Of a stretch of 41,498 nt of DNA, positions 19,097 through 26,945 are shown piece by piece (the stretch's first letter is position 1; the number at the start of each line of letters is the position of its first letter). A model generated the notes under the pieces. The model searched no databases and had not been told where the DNA came from. It saw only the letters and a list, made by a program, of their open reading frames with translations. The position numbers and the translations under genes are program-made. The DNA is from a virus. Lineage: Duplodnaviria; Caudoviricetes. The stretch covers positions 1 to 41,498 of the IMG/VR virus record IMGVR_UViG_3300037483_000113, one strand, 5' to 3'.

Positions 19097-19378
19097 ATGA
19101 GCAGATCAGCATCCGTCGCCCGCCTCGCCAACAGCCGCATCGTGCTCGACCATTACGGCTGGCGCTGGGAGCAGATGAAGCCGTTCCTCGGCGCGGCGCT
19201 CGAAGCCGGGCCAGGCTCGATCATCCGAGCGTATCCGGGCCTGGACAAGGACGGTCACCCGGACATCCACTTCACGATCCAGAAGCCGGGCGAGAAGCCG
19301 GGCGAATTGCAGGCGCTGGGCGTGGAAGACGAGGGCTATAACTTCTCGTGGCCCTGTCCGCCGGCCTGCCCCGAGTAG
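19097..19378 (+). CDS. Small protein ending in NFSWPCPPACPE (candidate peptide precursor)
   Basis: AGGAGG RBS, ATG at 19097, 93 aa, C-terminal PCPPxC motif. Confidence 0.8.
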   Translation: MSRSASVARLANSRIVLDHYGWRWEQMKPFLGAALEAGPGSIIRAYPGLDKDGHPDIHFTIQKPGEKPGELQALGVEDEGYNFSWPCPPACPE

Positions 19379-19384
19379 CTGCAC

Positions 19385-19909
19385 ATGACATGGATCGCGG
19401 TCGCGTTGACGGTGGCTGGGGCAATACCGCTAGCCTTCGTGCTATGGGTACGCCCGCCGGTGCCGTATTGGCTGCTGGGCGCCGGGCTGTCCGCATCGTG
19501 GGTTGGTGACCTCATGATGTACCGGAGCGGCGGCGCGTGGGACGTCGCGTACCTCTGGCTCCCGCTCCAGTTCGGCCTCGTGCTCATGGGCCTGGCGCGC
19601 ACGATGCGTGATCGGGCCATCATCTTGTTCTGTGTCCCGGCGCTTGGAATCTTCTCCGCGTACCTGTCGGGACCACGCCCTGATATGGCGCTCACGCTGA
19701 TCGGTAGCTTGGCGGTCCTGTACTTGGCCGAAGGACGCGCGACACTCGCCCTCTACGTGTACTTCGGCCTCGGCACCGTGCTCTATTTCCTCATGGCCGC
19801 TCGGGCCGGTACGCCGGAGATCCTCCTGCCGTGGGCCGCGTATCAGGCGTGTCGGGTGATCGCCTACGCCGCCTTCGGGCGGGCGGTCTATCAGGCGGCG
19901 CGCTCATGA
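19385..19909 (+). CDS. Polytopic membrane protein (about 6 TM)
   Basis: Several hydrophobic segments; starts 6 bp after the PCPPxC gene. Confidence 0.8.
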   Translation: MTWIAVALTVAGAIPLAFVLWVRPPVPYWLLGAGLSASWVGDLMMYRSGGAWDVAYLWLPLQFGLVLMGLARTMRDRAIILFCVPALGIFSAYLSGPRPDMALTLIGSLAVLYLAEGRATLALYVYFGLGTVLYFLMAARAGTPEILLPWAAYQACRVIAYAAFGRAVYQAARS

Positions 19910-20352
19910 GCTACCTCGCGACGGAGCTGCGGCGCATCGGCCTATTCCTCGGGGCGATGTTCCGGGAGCGAAAGCTGGAGGCGGTCGAGACGCTGCTGGC
20001 TGTCCAGGCCCTTATCCTCGGAATGTGGCTGCTGGCACCGTGGTCGTCCTTCGGTGCCATCACGGGCGTCTACGATGCGCTGGCTCTCGTGCCCGAGGGC
20101 GTGTGGGGCGGCGTGTTCGCGCTGCATGGAGCGCTGCACCTTCGGGCTATCGACCGGGGCGACCTCGATTGGCGGCGGCGCTTCACGAGCGGGATCGTGC
20201 TGCTCTGGAGCATGATGCTCATGGGGTTTCTCTCCACCGCTCCGGCCTCGACAGTGACCCCCATGCACCTCCTGCCCGTGCTCGGCGGAATGTGGTGCTA
20301 CCATGCTCACTCACTCATCGCGGGCGACCGCAGGAAGGTACCCCGTGACTGA
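19906..20352 (+). CDS. Membrane protein (3-4 TM)
   Basis: ATGA coupling, hydrophobic helices. Confidence 0.75.
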   Translation: MSYLATELRRIGLFLGAMFRERKLEAVETLLAVQALILGMWLLAPWSSFGAITGVYDALALVPEGVWGGVFALHGALHLRAIDRGDLDWRRRFTSGIVLLWSMMLMGFLSTAPASTVTPMHLLPVLGGMWCYHAHSLIAGDRRKVPRD

Positions 20353-20683
20353 GCCTGTCCAGGTCGCGTTCGTGGCCTACGTGCTCCCCGCGCTGGTGTT
20401 CGGGCTGTTCGAGTTGCGCCGCTACAGGGCTACTGCCGCGATGAAGCAGGAGCACGCCGAGGCGAAGGCAAAGCAGGTCGCGGACGGTAGCCGGGTATCC
20501 GACGCGGAGATGCAGCGGCAGTTCCGCGACGAGATATGGGAGCGGTGGCGCGCGGTGAACGACGAGAACGAGGTGCTCCGAACTCGCGTGGGCACGCTGG
20601 AGCGAAAGATCGACGTCGTCATGGAAATCATCGGGCGCCACGGACTGCGGAGTGAGTTGCCGGAATGGCTGGAGGAGGCGTAG
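20345..20683 (+). CDS. N-terminal TM plus coiled-coil protein (lysis-region type)
   Basis: GTG start; TM VAFVAYVLPALVFGLF, then heptads NEVLRTRVGTLERKI. Confidence 0.7.
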   Translation: MTEPVQVAFVAYVLPALVFGLFELRRYRATAAMKQEHAEAKAKQVADGSRVSDAEMQRQFRDEIWERWRAVNDENEVLRTRVGTLERKIDVVMEIIGRHGLRSELPEWLEEA

Positions 20684-20687
20684 GCGC

Positions 20688-21005
20688 ATGACCGACCCCA
20701 AGCGCGTCCTGATCGGCAAGCGGTACGTGGACGACAAATTCGCCGCGACGGTGAAGCTCTTGGACGAGCGCGTGGCCGCCGTGCGCCGTGAGGAAGAGTT
20801 GTTTCGCTCCGGCCTCAAAGCCCACTTGGAAACGCTGAATCACGAAACGGAGCGGATCAACACCATCGCATCGGAGACTGTTTCTCAAGAAAAGTTTGAC
20901 GGGGCCATGAAGGCGATTGACGTGCAAATGAAAGCGATTGTCGGAGTGGTGGTCACGGCGATTCTCGCTGTGGCTGGATGGCTCATAATGGGAGGTGCGC
21001 CATGA
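20688..21005 (+). CDS. Coiled-coil protein with a C-terminal TM (holin-like)
   Basis: GGAGG RBS; C-terminal AIVGVVVTAILAVAGWLI. Confidence 0.72.
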   Translation: MTDPKRVLIGKRYVDDKFAATVKLLDERVAAVRREEELFRSGLKAHLETLNHETERINTIASETVSQEKFDGAMKAIDVQMKAIVGVVVTAILAVAGWLIMGGAP

Positions 21006-21100
21006 TCCAGATCATCGGGCTGGCCGTCGCCGTCGTGGCAATCATGCTCGGATGCTGGTATCTATGGCGGTGGCTCAAGGGCGCGGCGGACATGTGGTAG
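21002..21100 (+). CDS. 32-aa single-TM peptide
   Basis: GGAGG RBS, ATGA overlap, MIQIIGLAVAVVAIMLGCWYLWRWLKGAADMW. Confidence 0.55.
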   Translation: MIQIIGLAVAVVAIMLGCWYLWRWLKGAADMW

Positions 21101-21150
21101 GTGGCGAATGGCGCGGCCTTGAACGGCGCCAGATTGCAGGGAGGAGCAGA

Positions 21151-21432
21151 ATGAGTGTTCGAGCAAAGTTCCGGCTGAACAGTTTCACGACGGAGCTTCA
21201 CAGCCAGTACCCGCACCAGACCGAGAATGGTCAGCCCGACTACAGCAAGCCGGAGTCGGTGGAGAAGCGCACCCTCAACTTCACGCCCGTGTCTGGTGGC
21301 GAGGGCGAGGACAAGCTGTTCTGGGACGCCAGCCCTTCCGGGAGCCTACAGCTCGGCGTCGTGAACCAGGATGCGTGGGAACACTTCGCGCTGGGCAAGT
21401 CGTACTACCTCGACTTCACCCTGGCCGACTGA
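21151..21432 (+). CDS. Conserved small phage protein
   Basis: GGAGGAG RBS; MSVRAKF...FWDASPSGSLQL...GKSYYLDFT pattern recalled from other phages. Confidence 0.8.
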   Translation: MSVRAKFRLNSFTTELHSQYPHQTENGQPDYSKPESVEKRTLNFTPVSGGEGEDKLFWDASPSGSLQLGVVNQDAWEHFALGKSYYLDFTLAD

Positions 21433-21502
21433 TGACTGCCCAACGGCGAAGCGGGCTCGGCCGACATGTCGGTTTCGTAATCGCCGGCGCGGCGGATCTG
21501 CC

Positions 21503-21847
21503 ATGAGAGCGAAGCGTAGCCTGGCCCGCCAGATCGGCGAGGCGATGAGCGATGAGCAGGGAAAGTTCTCCATCGGGCGCCTGCTGCTTGTTCTGCACAT
21601 CACCCAGAACTGGGTGTGGGTCAACGCCATCATGTTCGACTGGATCACGCCCGCCGATTCCGACGTGCTCAATCTGCTCATCGGCTCGCTGGACGTGACC
21701 ATCTTCATGGTTCTCGGTGCCTGGGTGATCGGCCCGCGCTCGTTCCAGTACCTGTTCCCGCAGATCGGCAAAGCGATCCAGGGCGCGGGCGGGTTGGTCG
21801 GTCGCCTGAAGGGCACCGACAACGTCAGGACCGACGACGAGCGGTGA
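21503..21847 (+). CDS. Putative holin (2 TM)
   Basis: GKFSIGRL followed by two TM segments, directly upstream of the endolysin; alternative start 21545. Confidence 0.65.
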   Translation: MRAKRSLARQIGEAMSDEQGKFSIGRLLLVLHITQNWVWVNAIMFDWITPADSDVLNLLIGSLDVTIFMVLGAWVIGPRSFQYLFPQIGKAIQGAGGLVGRLKGTDNVRTDDER

Positions 21848-22416
21848 GCACCCTCTCCCTCTCCTACGAGCCCGTCTACCGGGCGCTCCATCCCCAGGGC
21901 ACCTACTGGTACGACACGGTGCGCGTCCCCCGGGTGGGCTGCTGCCTCCACTACGACGGGTCCTCGTCGGACGCGGGCGGGCTATCGTGGCTCCAGGGGC
22001 TGCCCGTGAAAGCCAGCTACAACCTCGTGGTCCTCGATGACGGATCGTGGGGGATCATCGCCCCGCTGGATACTGCCGCATGGCACGCGGGCAAGAGTCG
22101 GTCCAGCGACCCCACGCGGCTGCCCTACCCCGACAACATGGCGAACCATGCCTTCTACGGGGTCTGTGTCCTGACCAACGACCTGGTAGACGTGACGACC
22201 CTCCAGTCCACCACGGCGGCGTGGCTCTGCGCCCGGCTCTTCGCTCGCCACGGCTGGCCGCTCACCGACGGCTACCGGATCACGACGCACCGGGCTGAAG
22301 CGTGGGCGAGGGGTCGGAAGAAAGACCCCGAGGGTGATTTCCTGGACAACCCCATCTGGCAGGCCGACGACGTGCGGGGTCTGCTGCCCTCTTTTCGAAG
22401 TGTACAGCCGTTATGA
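21844..22416 (+). CDS. Endolysin, N-acetylmuramoyl-L-alanine amidase (Amidase_2-like)
   Basis: LHYD, ASYNLVV..DG, AWHAG, ITTH...RKKDP zinc-amidase motifs; GTGA coupling. Confidence 0.9.
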   Translation: MSTLSLSYEPVYRALHPQGTYWYDTVRVPRVGCCLHYDGSSSDAGGLSWLQGLPVKASYNLVVLDDGSWGIIAPLDTAAWHAGKSRSSDPTRLPYPDNMANHAFYGVCVLTNDLVDVTTLQSTTAAWLCARLFARHGWPLTDGYRITTHRAEAWARGRKKDPEGDFLDNPIWQADDVRGLLPSFRSVQPL

Positions 22417-22778
22417 ACTACTGTCGGAAGTGCCAGAGCGACTACGAGAAGCCGGGGACGTGCAACTGCTTCGCGGAACAGGCACCGCGCGAGGACGTGG
22501 CCCCCGTCGCTCCGATCTACCTGCCCGTCCTGCCCCTGTACCCTGGGTACCCATGGCACCCGAGTGCCCCGACGTATCCGGTCTATCCGTGGTGGCAGTA
22601 TCAGCCGACGTGCGGCGGCGAGGTGACCGTGACCTACACGCCCAGCGAGGGGACGACGTGGTACCGCGCCCTTCCGGTGGACCCGAACGCGCCCACGTCC
22701 GTCTACATCACGGGAGACGATATCGCGGAGATGCACGCCTCGGGGCGGCTGTCCTACACGGGTGGCGGGTCCGCGTGA
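22413..22778 (+). CDS. Hypothetical Cys/Pro-rich protein
   Basis: CxxC..CxC N-terminus; coupled at both ends. Confidence 0.6.
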   Translation: MNYCRKCQSDYEKPGTCNCFAEQAPREDVAPVAPIYLPVLPLYPGYPWHPSAPTYPVYPWWQYQPTCGGEVTVTYTPSEGTTWYRALPVDPNAPTSVYITGDDIAEMHASGRLSYTGGGSA

Positions 22779-23368
22779 AAACCGTCCTCACCCTCCTGGC
22801 CGGCGCCGTCGCGTGGATCGTCCTGTCGTGGGCGCTCACGCCACGGACACCCGACCAGTCCGGCGCGCTCGCCCGGCTGGATTCGGCAAGGGTCGAAGCG
22901 GAGCATCGGGCGGATTCTGTAGTCGCGGAGCTGGACGCGATGCGGGACACGATGCCCCGGGTCCTCGCAGCTGCGGCAGAACGTGAGCAGGAAGCCCAGC
23001 GTAGGGCCTCTAGGGCCACGGAAGCGCAGCGGGCTACCGGAGGGACTGTACGGGCGCTCCTCGACAGCCTGGGGGCGTCCACGGAGGCGTGGGATGAGCA
23101 CATGGCGGCTGACTCGGCTATCGCAGAGGCGAACGAAGCCGAGAAGGCGAGCATCCGGGACCGGGCAATCCTCTGGGAGCGACGGGCAACGCTGGCGGAG
23201 ATCGCGCTGGACGCTGAGCACGATGCCCACGAGGCGGCGAACGCGACGCTGGTCGAGGCAATGGACCGGCTCGGGCTGGCGGAACGCAGGGCACAGAAAG
23301 CCGAGCGGAATAGCCGCCTGCTCATCGGGGGCGCGGTGGCCGCGCTGGCTATTGGCGTGATGCGCTGA
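22775..23368 (+). CDS. Spanin-like protein (N-terminal TM, coiled coil, hydrophobic C-terminus)
   Basis: GTG start, end of the lysis cassette, long Ala/Glu/Arg helix. Confidence 0.65.
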   Translation: MKTVLTLLAGAVAWIVLSWALTPRTPDQSGALARLDSARVEAEHRADSVVAELDAMRDTMPRVLAAAAEREQEAQRRASRATEAQRATGGTVRALLDSLGASTEAWDEHMAADSAIAEANEAEKASIRDRAILWERRATLAEIALDAEHDAHEAANATLVEAMDRLGLAERRAQKAERNSRLLIGGAVAALAIGVMR

Positions 23369-23540
23369 TCCGCTCCTCCACCAGTCTCCGGATCGCCAGC
23401 TCCGCTTCCGTGTCGATCGGGTAGCGGTCCGCGCCCCGCATGCGTCCATGCACCGTCACCCGGTGGACACCGAGCGCGCGGGCTGCTGCGCTCGGGCCAC
23501 CAAGGCGGGTGACGAGGGCGGTGTATTCGCGGGGGGTCAC
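23349..23540 (-). CDS. Small HTH DNA-binding protein
   Basis: GGPSAAARALGVHRVTVHGRM; GTG at 23540 overlaps the upstream stop. Confidence 0.75.
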   Translation of the reverse strand: MTPREYTALVTRLGGPSAAARALGVHRVTVHGRMRGADRYPIDTEAELAIRRLVEERISASRQ

Positions 23541-23776
23541 AGCCACAGCCGTGCGGGCTTTTTGCCACACGTCCCGCACGCCAACAGGTCCGCGTGGGGC
23601 TCGTTCATCATGTCGGGCGTCACCTTCATGATGGGCTGGCCGCTGATGTCGCATCCGGTGAAGCGTGCGGAAGCGCCAAGGTGCTCACCGCAGTAGCATG
23701 CGCCGCCGTCCGTGAGGTACACGCCGTCCGGGTCGTCGCGGCGGAGGTCTGTCTTGTGCGCGTGCGTGGCGTTCAT
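23537..23776 (-). CDS. Hypothetical Zn-binding protein
   Basis: CxxH and CxxC; GGAG RBS; coupled to neighbours. Confidence 0.75.
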   Translation of the reverse strand: MNATHAHKTDLRRDDPDGVYLTDGGACYCGEHLGASARFTGCDISGQPIMKVTPDMMNEPHADLLACGTCGKKPARLWL

Positions 23777-23976
23777 CGTCCGCTCCCCGCCACTGGTTCG
23801 GCCATCGCCTCCGCCATCTCTTGGAGGGTTGTCGCTACCGCCATCACGTCCTCCCTCGTCGCATCGAAATCCACCTGTCCGCCCGCCATATCAAACTTGT
23901 GCCAGCGCTCGACGGCATCAATCAGCAGGTCGGTGACCTCATCGCGGGCCTCGCCGGACATTCTGGGATCTTGCAT
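23773..23976 (-). CDS. Hypothetical protein
   Basis: GGAG RBS 6 nt before ATG 23976; alternative start 24003. Confidence 0.7.
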   Translation of the reverse strand: MQDPRMSGEARDEVTDLLIDAVERWHKFDMAGGQVDFDATREDVMAVATTLQEMAEAMAEPVAGSGR

Positions 23977-24019
23977 CGTCTGCTCCGTCGATGGCGGCTC
24001 CATCGTCCGCCGTGCCTAT

Positions 24020-24048
24020 AGTATAGCACTACAGGGAGGGGGAGTCAA
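24020..24048 (-). promoter_or_regulatory. Near-consensus leftward sigma70 promoter
   Basis: Minus strand TTGACT, 17-bp spacer, TATACT, with TGn extended -10. Confidence 0.85.
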
Positions 24049-24361
24049 CAACTATATTTCGGTGCGGGATAGGGACTTACGCGGTCGGCCCGGCTCTGGC
24101 AGATCGTCGGAGGGATCGGAGTAGGGACGGCTGTCGTACAGGCGGTCGTGCCGGGCACCTAACCGCATCATCGTCACGATCTCGTTCACGGAGGCCTCGC
24201 ATTCGCCCGCCACGCCCCACGACGCTGGCGCCCACCGTGTCCCGTCCACCACGGACGGCTCCCCGGCACCACAACGCCCCCGTCGCGGTCCTGGGGCAAC
24301 GTCGTGCGTCGGGCGTTTTCGTTGGGAAGCCAACACTTTCCAATTCATCGGCGACAAACAC

Positions 24362-24402
24362 TTGACACCCGCACCGGCCCACCGTAGCGTATGCCATACA
24401 AT
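24362..24402 (+). promoter_or_regulatory. Rightward early promoter
   Basis: TTGACA (24362-67), 17-bp spacer, TAGCGT; a second -10-like TACAAT at 24397-402. Confidence 0.7.
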
Positions 24403-24425
24403 CGACACCCGGAGGACGGACCCGC

Positions 24426-24701
24426 ATGAGGACGTGGACCAAAGCCCTCGACCAGCAAGTCATGGCCGCGATGACGGGCCGCGCACGGCTGGACGCGCTC
24501 CTGATGGACCGTGGCTATCCGACGGCCCGCTCCGTGGCCATTGAACTGGGCGAGGACGAAACCAACGTGTCCCGCTGTCTGGCTGGCCGGACCCGCCCCA
24601 GGACGCCGACGATGGCGCGCATCCGCGACGGGCTGGCGCGGCTGGCCGGGCTCGAGCGAAGCGCGGTGGATGCACTACTCGGGCCGATAGAGGGCGTATG
24701 A
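24426..24701 (+). CDS. Cro-like XRE HTH regulator
   Basis: TARSVAIELGEDETNVSRCLAGRTRP; GGAGG RBS; first rightward early gene. Confidence 0.8.
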   Translation: MRTWTKALDQQVMAAMTGRARLDALLMDRGYPTARSVAIELGEDETNVSRCLAGRTRPRTPTMARIRDGLARLAGLERSAVDALLGPIEGV

Positions 24702-25357
24702 AATCCGTGGAGGCGTGGCATTTCTTGGCCGACAGCGGGAAACTACGAGATAGCAGACCGGCGGTGGACGGGGAGTGGCTGTTGCACACCGGCCCTGCCG
24801 TGATGTGCAAAAGCGGGCTCCATGCGAGCCGGAAAGTGACCGACGCGCTGAGTTACGCGCCGGGCTCGATCCTGTGCCGCGTCGAGTGTCGTGGGGTGGT
24901 GGAGGAACGGGGCGACAAACTCCTCTGCCTGGAGCGCAAGATCATCTGGCGGATCGACGCGACCGACGTGCTTCACCGTTTTGCCCGGATGTGTGCCCTT
25001 GATGTCATTGGCCTCTGGGACGCACCTGCTGTGGTGGTGGAGTTTCTGAATACCGGGGACGCGTCGTTAGGGGCTGCTGCGGGGGCTGCTGCGTGGGATG
25101 CTGCGTGGGCTGCTGCGTGGGCTGCTGCGGGGGCTGCTGCGAGGGCTGCTGCGTGGGCTGCTGCGGGGGCTGCTGCGTGGGATGCTGCGTGGGCTGCTGC
25201 GGGGGCTGCTGCGAGGGCTGCTGCGTGGGCTGCTGCGTGGGATGCTGCGGATGCTGCGAGGGCTGCTGCGTGGGATGCGAGGGGGGCAAGGCAGGAACGT
25301 AGGTTGGTTGCACTCGCATATGCGGAGCACAAGCGAGTGCAGGGAGGTGGCGTATGA
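24698..25357 (+). CDS. Phage protein with an SGLHAS domain and an AAW/AAR repeat tail
   Basis: CKSGLHAS....AL.YAPG..LCRVE......DKL pattern; RFARMCA; Ala-rich repeats. Confidence 0.85.
   Translation: MKSVEAWHFLADSGKLRDSRPAVDGEWLLHTGPAVMCKSGLHASRKVTDALSYAPGSILCRVECRGVVEERGDKLLCLERKIIWRIDATDVLHRFARMCALDVIGLWDAPAVVVEFLNTGDASLGAAAGAAAWDAAWAAAWAAAGAAARAAAWAAAGAAAWDAAWAAAGAAARAAAWAAAWDAADAARAAAWDARGARQERRLVALAYAEHKRVQGGGV
25070..25279 (+). repeat. 12-bp coding tandem repeat (about 17 units, G[C/A]TGCTGCG[T/G/A]GG)
   Basis: Seen directly; encodes AAAW/AAAG/AAAR/DAAW. Confidence 0.95.
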
Positions 25358-25575
25358 TCTGCGTAGAGGGCAGGGTGCCCGGAGCCACGGACAGCGACAC
25401 GACCGACAGGCGCGAACAGCCGGGTGCCCTGCCCTACCGCGACATCATGGCCGCCGTCCACCACTACGGACGGGTCTGCCGGGCGCACGCGCCTGACGAG
25501 GTACAGGAGGCCGCCCACGCGAAGGTGGCGCGGCTGGTACTGGACGCGGTGTATCCGCTCGGGGGTGGCCGATGA
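25354..25575 (+). CDS. Hypothetical protein
   Basis: GGAGG RBS; ATGA coupling at both ends. Confidence 0.65.
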   Translation: MICVEGRVPGATDSDTTDRREQPGALPYRDIMAAVHHYGRVCRAHAPDEVQEAAHAKVARLVLDAVYPLGGGR

Positions 25576-25859
25576 CCGGCGGCACCATGTACCGCACCCT
25601 CGACGGCCAGACAGTCGTGGGCGTGGCAGACACCCACTACTGCCGGGGCTGCGACGGGAACGGATCGAAGCGCGGTCGGCCCTGCGGTTCCTGCGCTGGA
25701 TCCGGGCGCCTGCTGAATGCCGACCAGTACGTCTGGCCCGTGCCGGTGGTGCCGGTGGAAGACATGCCCGAAGGGGAGGCGGCGCCGGAGTGCCTCCAGG
25801 AGGCGACCACACGCGAACAGCCGGTCGCCCGTCTCCCCTTCGCGGCAGCCCGACGATGA
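25572..25859 (+). CDS. Protein with a DnaJ-type zinc finger
   Basis: CRGCDGNG...CGSCAGSG. Confidence 0.72.
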   Translation: MTGGTMYRTLDGQTVVGVADTHYCRGCDGNGSKRGRPCGSCAGSGRLLNADQYVWPVPVVPVEDMPEGEAAPECLQEATTREQPVARLPFAAARR

Positions 25860-25957
25860 TGAGCGAGATGTGTCGCATGCATGACTTTGTACCGGGGAGC
25901 CAACGGGGGCCAGCAAGGATCCGCCCGGAAGTTGCCACCGAAGATCGGAGACCAACC

Positions 25958-26404
25958 ATGAACAAGCTGACAGTGAGGCATCTGCGGAAGGCGGGCGCGT
26001 GCTCGGATCAGGTGAGGTTGTTCGAGCGGACGTTCCCTAACGGCGTGCGTCCGACGATGAGGGCATGGGCCAAGGCGTGGGCCGCCGGGCTGGACGTGTT
26101 CTGGTGTGCGTCGCTGCTCAGGGGTCCGGCGTTGGCCGAGTACGAGCGGGTCAGGGGTCCGGCGTTGGCCGAGTACGAGCGGGTCAGGGGTCCGGCGTGG
26201 GCCGAGTACGAGCGGGTCAGGGGTCCGGCGTGGGCCGAGTACGAGCGGGTCAGGGGTGCGGCGTGGGCCGAGCACGAGCGGGTCACGGGTGCGGCGTGGG
26301 CCGAGTACGAGCGGGTCAGGGGTCCGGCGTTGGCCGAGTACGAGCGGGTCAGGGGTCCGGCGTTTACGAAGGCGCTACGGCAGACCTTGGACGGGGAGGG
26401 CTGA
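25958..26404 (+). CDS. Phage protein with 11-aa tandem repeats
   Basis: GGAG RBS; LRKAGAC..QV.LF...FP N-terminus, then RGPAxAEYERV x7. Confidence 0.85.
   Translation: MNKLTVRHLRKAGACSDQVRLFERTFPNGVRPTMRAWAKAWAAGLDVFWCASLLRGPALAEYERVRGPALAEYERVRGPAWAEYERVRGPAWAEYERVRGAAWAEHERVTGAAWAEYERVRGPALAEYERVRGPAFTKALRQTLDGEG
26120..26362 (+). repeat. 33-bp coding tandem repeat, 7 full copies plus a partial copy
   Basis: Unit AGGGGTCCGGCGT(T/G)GGCCGAGTACGAGCGGGTC, contiguous with no spacers. Confidence 0.95.
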
Positions 26405-26408
26405 CCCC

Positions 26409-26639
26409 ATGGATACCATGAGAGCCCGTCGGCGGAGCATCGAACGCCACGCCTCACGCCTCGCCCACGAGGCCATCCGCAACGCCGGGACGCTCCGGGC
26501 CGTCGGTGACGCGCTGGGGCAAGGCCGAGTCCACTTACCGAGGCCGACCGGGTCCGCCAGCGAGGGCGGGCTTTGCGAGAAGGCTTCCGAGCGGATGATG
26601 GCCGACGTGGAAGCGATGGGAAACGGGGAGTCCGCATGA
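26409..26639 (+). CDS. Hypothetical protein
   Basis: GGAGG RBS; ATGA coupling downstream. Confidence 0.55.
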   Translation: MDTMRARRRSIERHASRLAHEAIRNAGTLRAVGDALGQGRVHLPRPTGSASEGGLCEKASERMMADVEAMGNGESA

Positions 26640-26863
26640 GCGCGCGGTCGCGTTTCGCGCTGGCCCTGCTCTCGCTGGCGCTATTGGTGGGCGGCGCGTG
26701 GCTCGCTTTCCCGGCCTGGGGTTGGCGCGGCGTGGTCGGTGCCGTGCTGATCGTGTGGGGCAACAACGCCTCACAGCAGGTGGCAAGGCTAGGGCGCGAG
26801 AGTGCCAGTGACAGGATCCTCGATGAAATGCTCACGAGAGCCAAGGACCGAAGAGCCGCCTGA
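26636..26863 (+). CDS. Small two-TM membrane protein
   Basis: Two hydrophobic segments; GGAG RBS. Confidence 0.7.
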   Translation: MSARSRFALALLSLALLVGGAWLAFPAWGWRGVVGAVLIVWGNNASQQVARLGRESASDRILDEMLTRAKDRRAA

Positions 26864-26906
26864 AACGAAAGGCGCCGACGCGGGAGCCATCCGCAACGTC
26901 GGCGCC
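26862..26906 (-). terminator. Inverted repeat, possible minus-strand terminator
   Basis: GGCGCCGACG (26871-80) / CGTCGGCGCC (26897-906), followed on the minus strand by TTTCGTTTC. Confidence 0.5.
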
Positions 26907-26945
26907 AGATCGAAGACCACAACGCAAACATAGGAGGGCAGGACC

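Noticed and set aside
24052-24408. Minus-strand ORF as the CI repressor
   Set aside because: No HTH or peptidase motif, and its 5' part overlaps the rightward promoter
25070-25279. DGR template/variable repeat
   Set aside because: No reverse transcriptase is visible; the repeats are tandem and the variation is not adenine-specific
26120-26362. CRISPR array
   Set aside because: The 33-bp units are contiguous with no unique spacers and are in frame within a CDS
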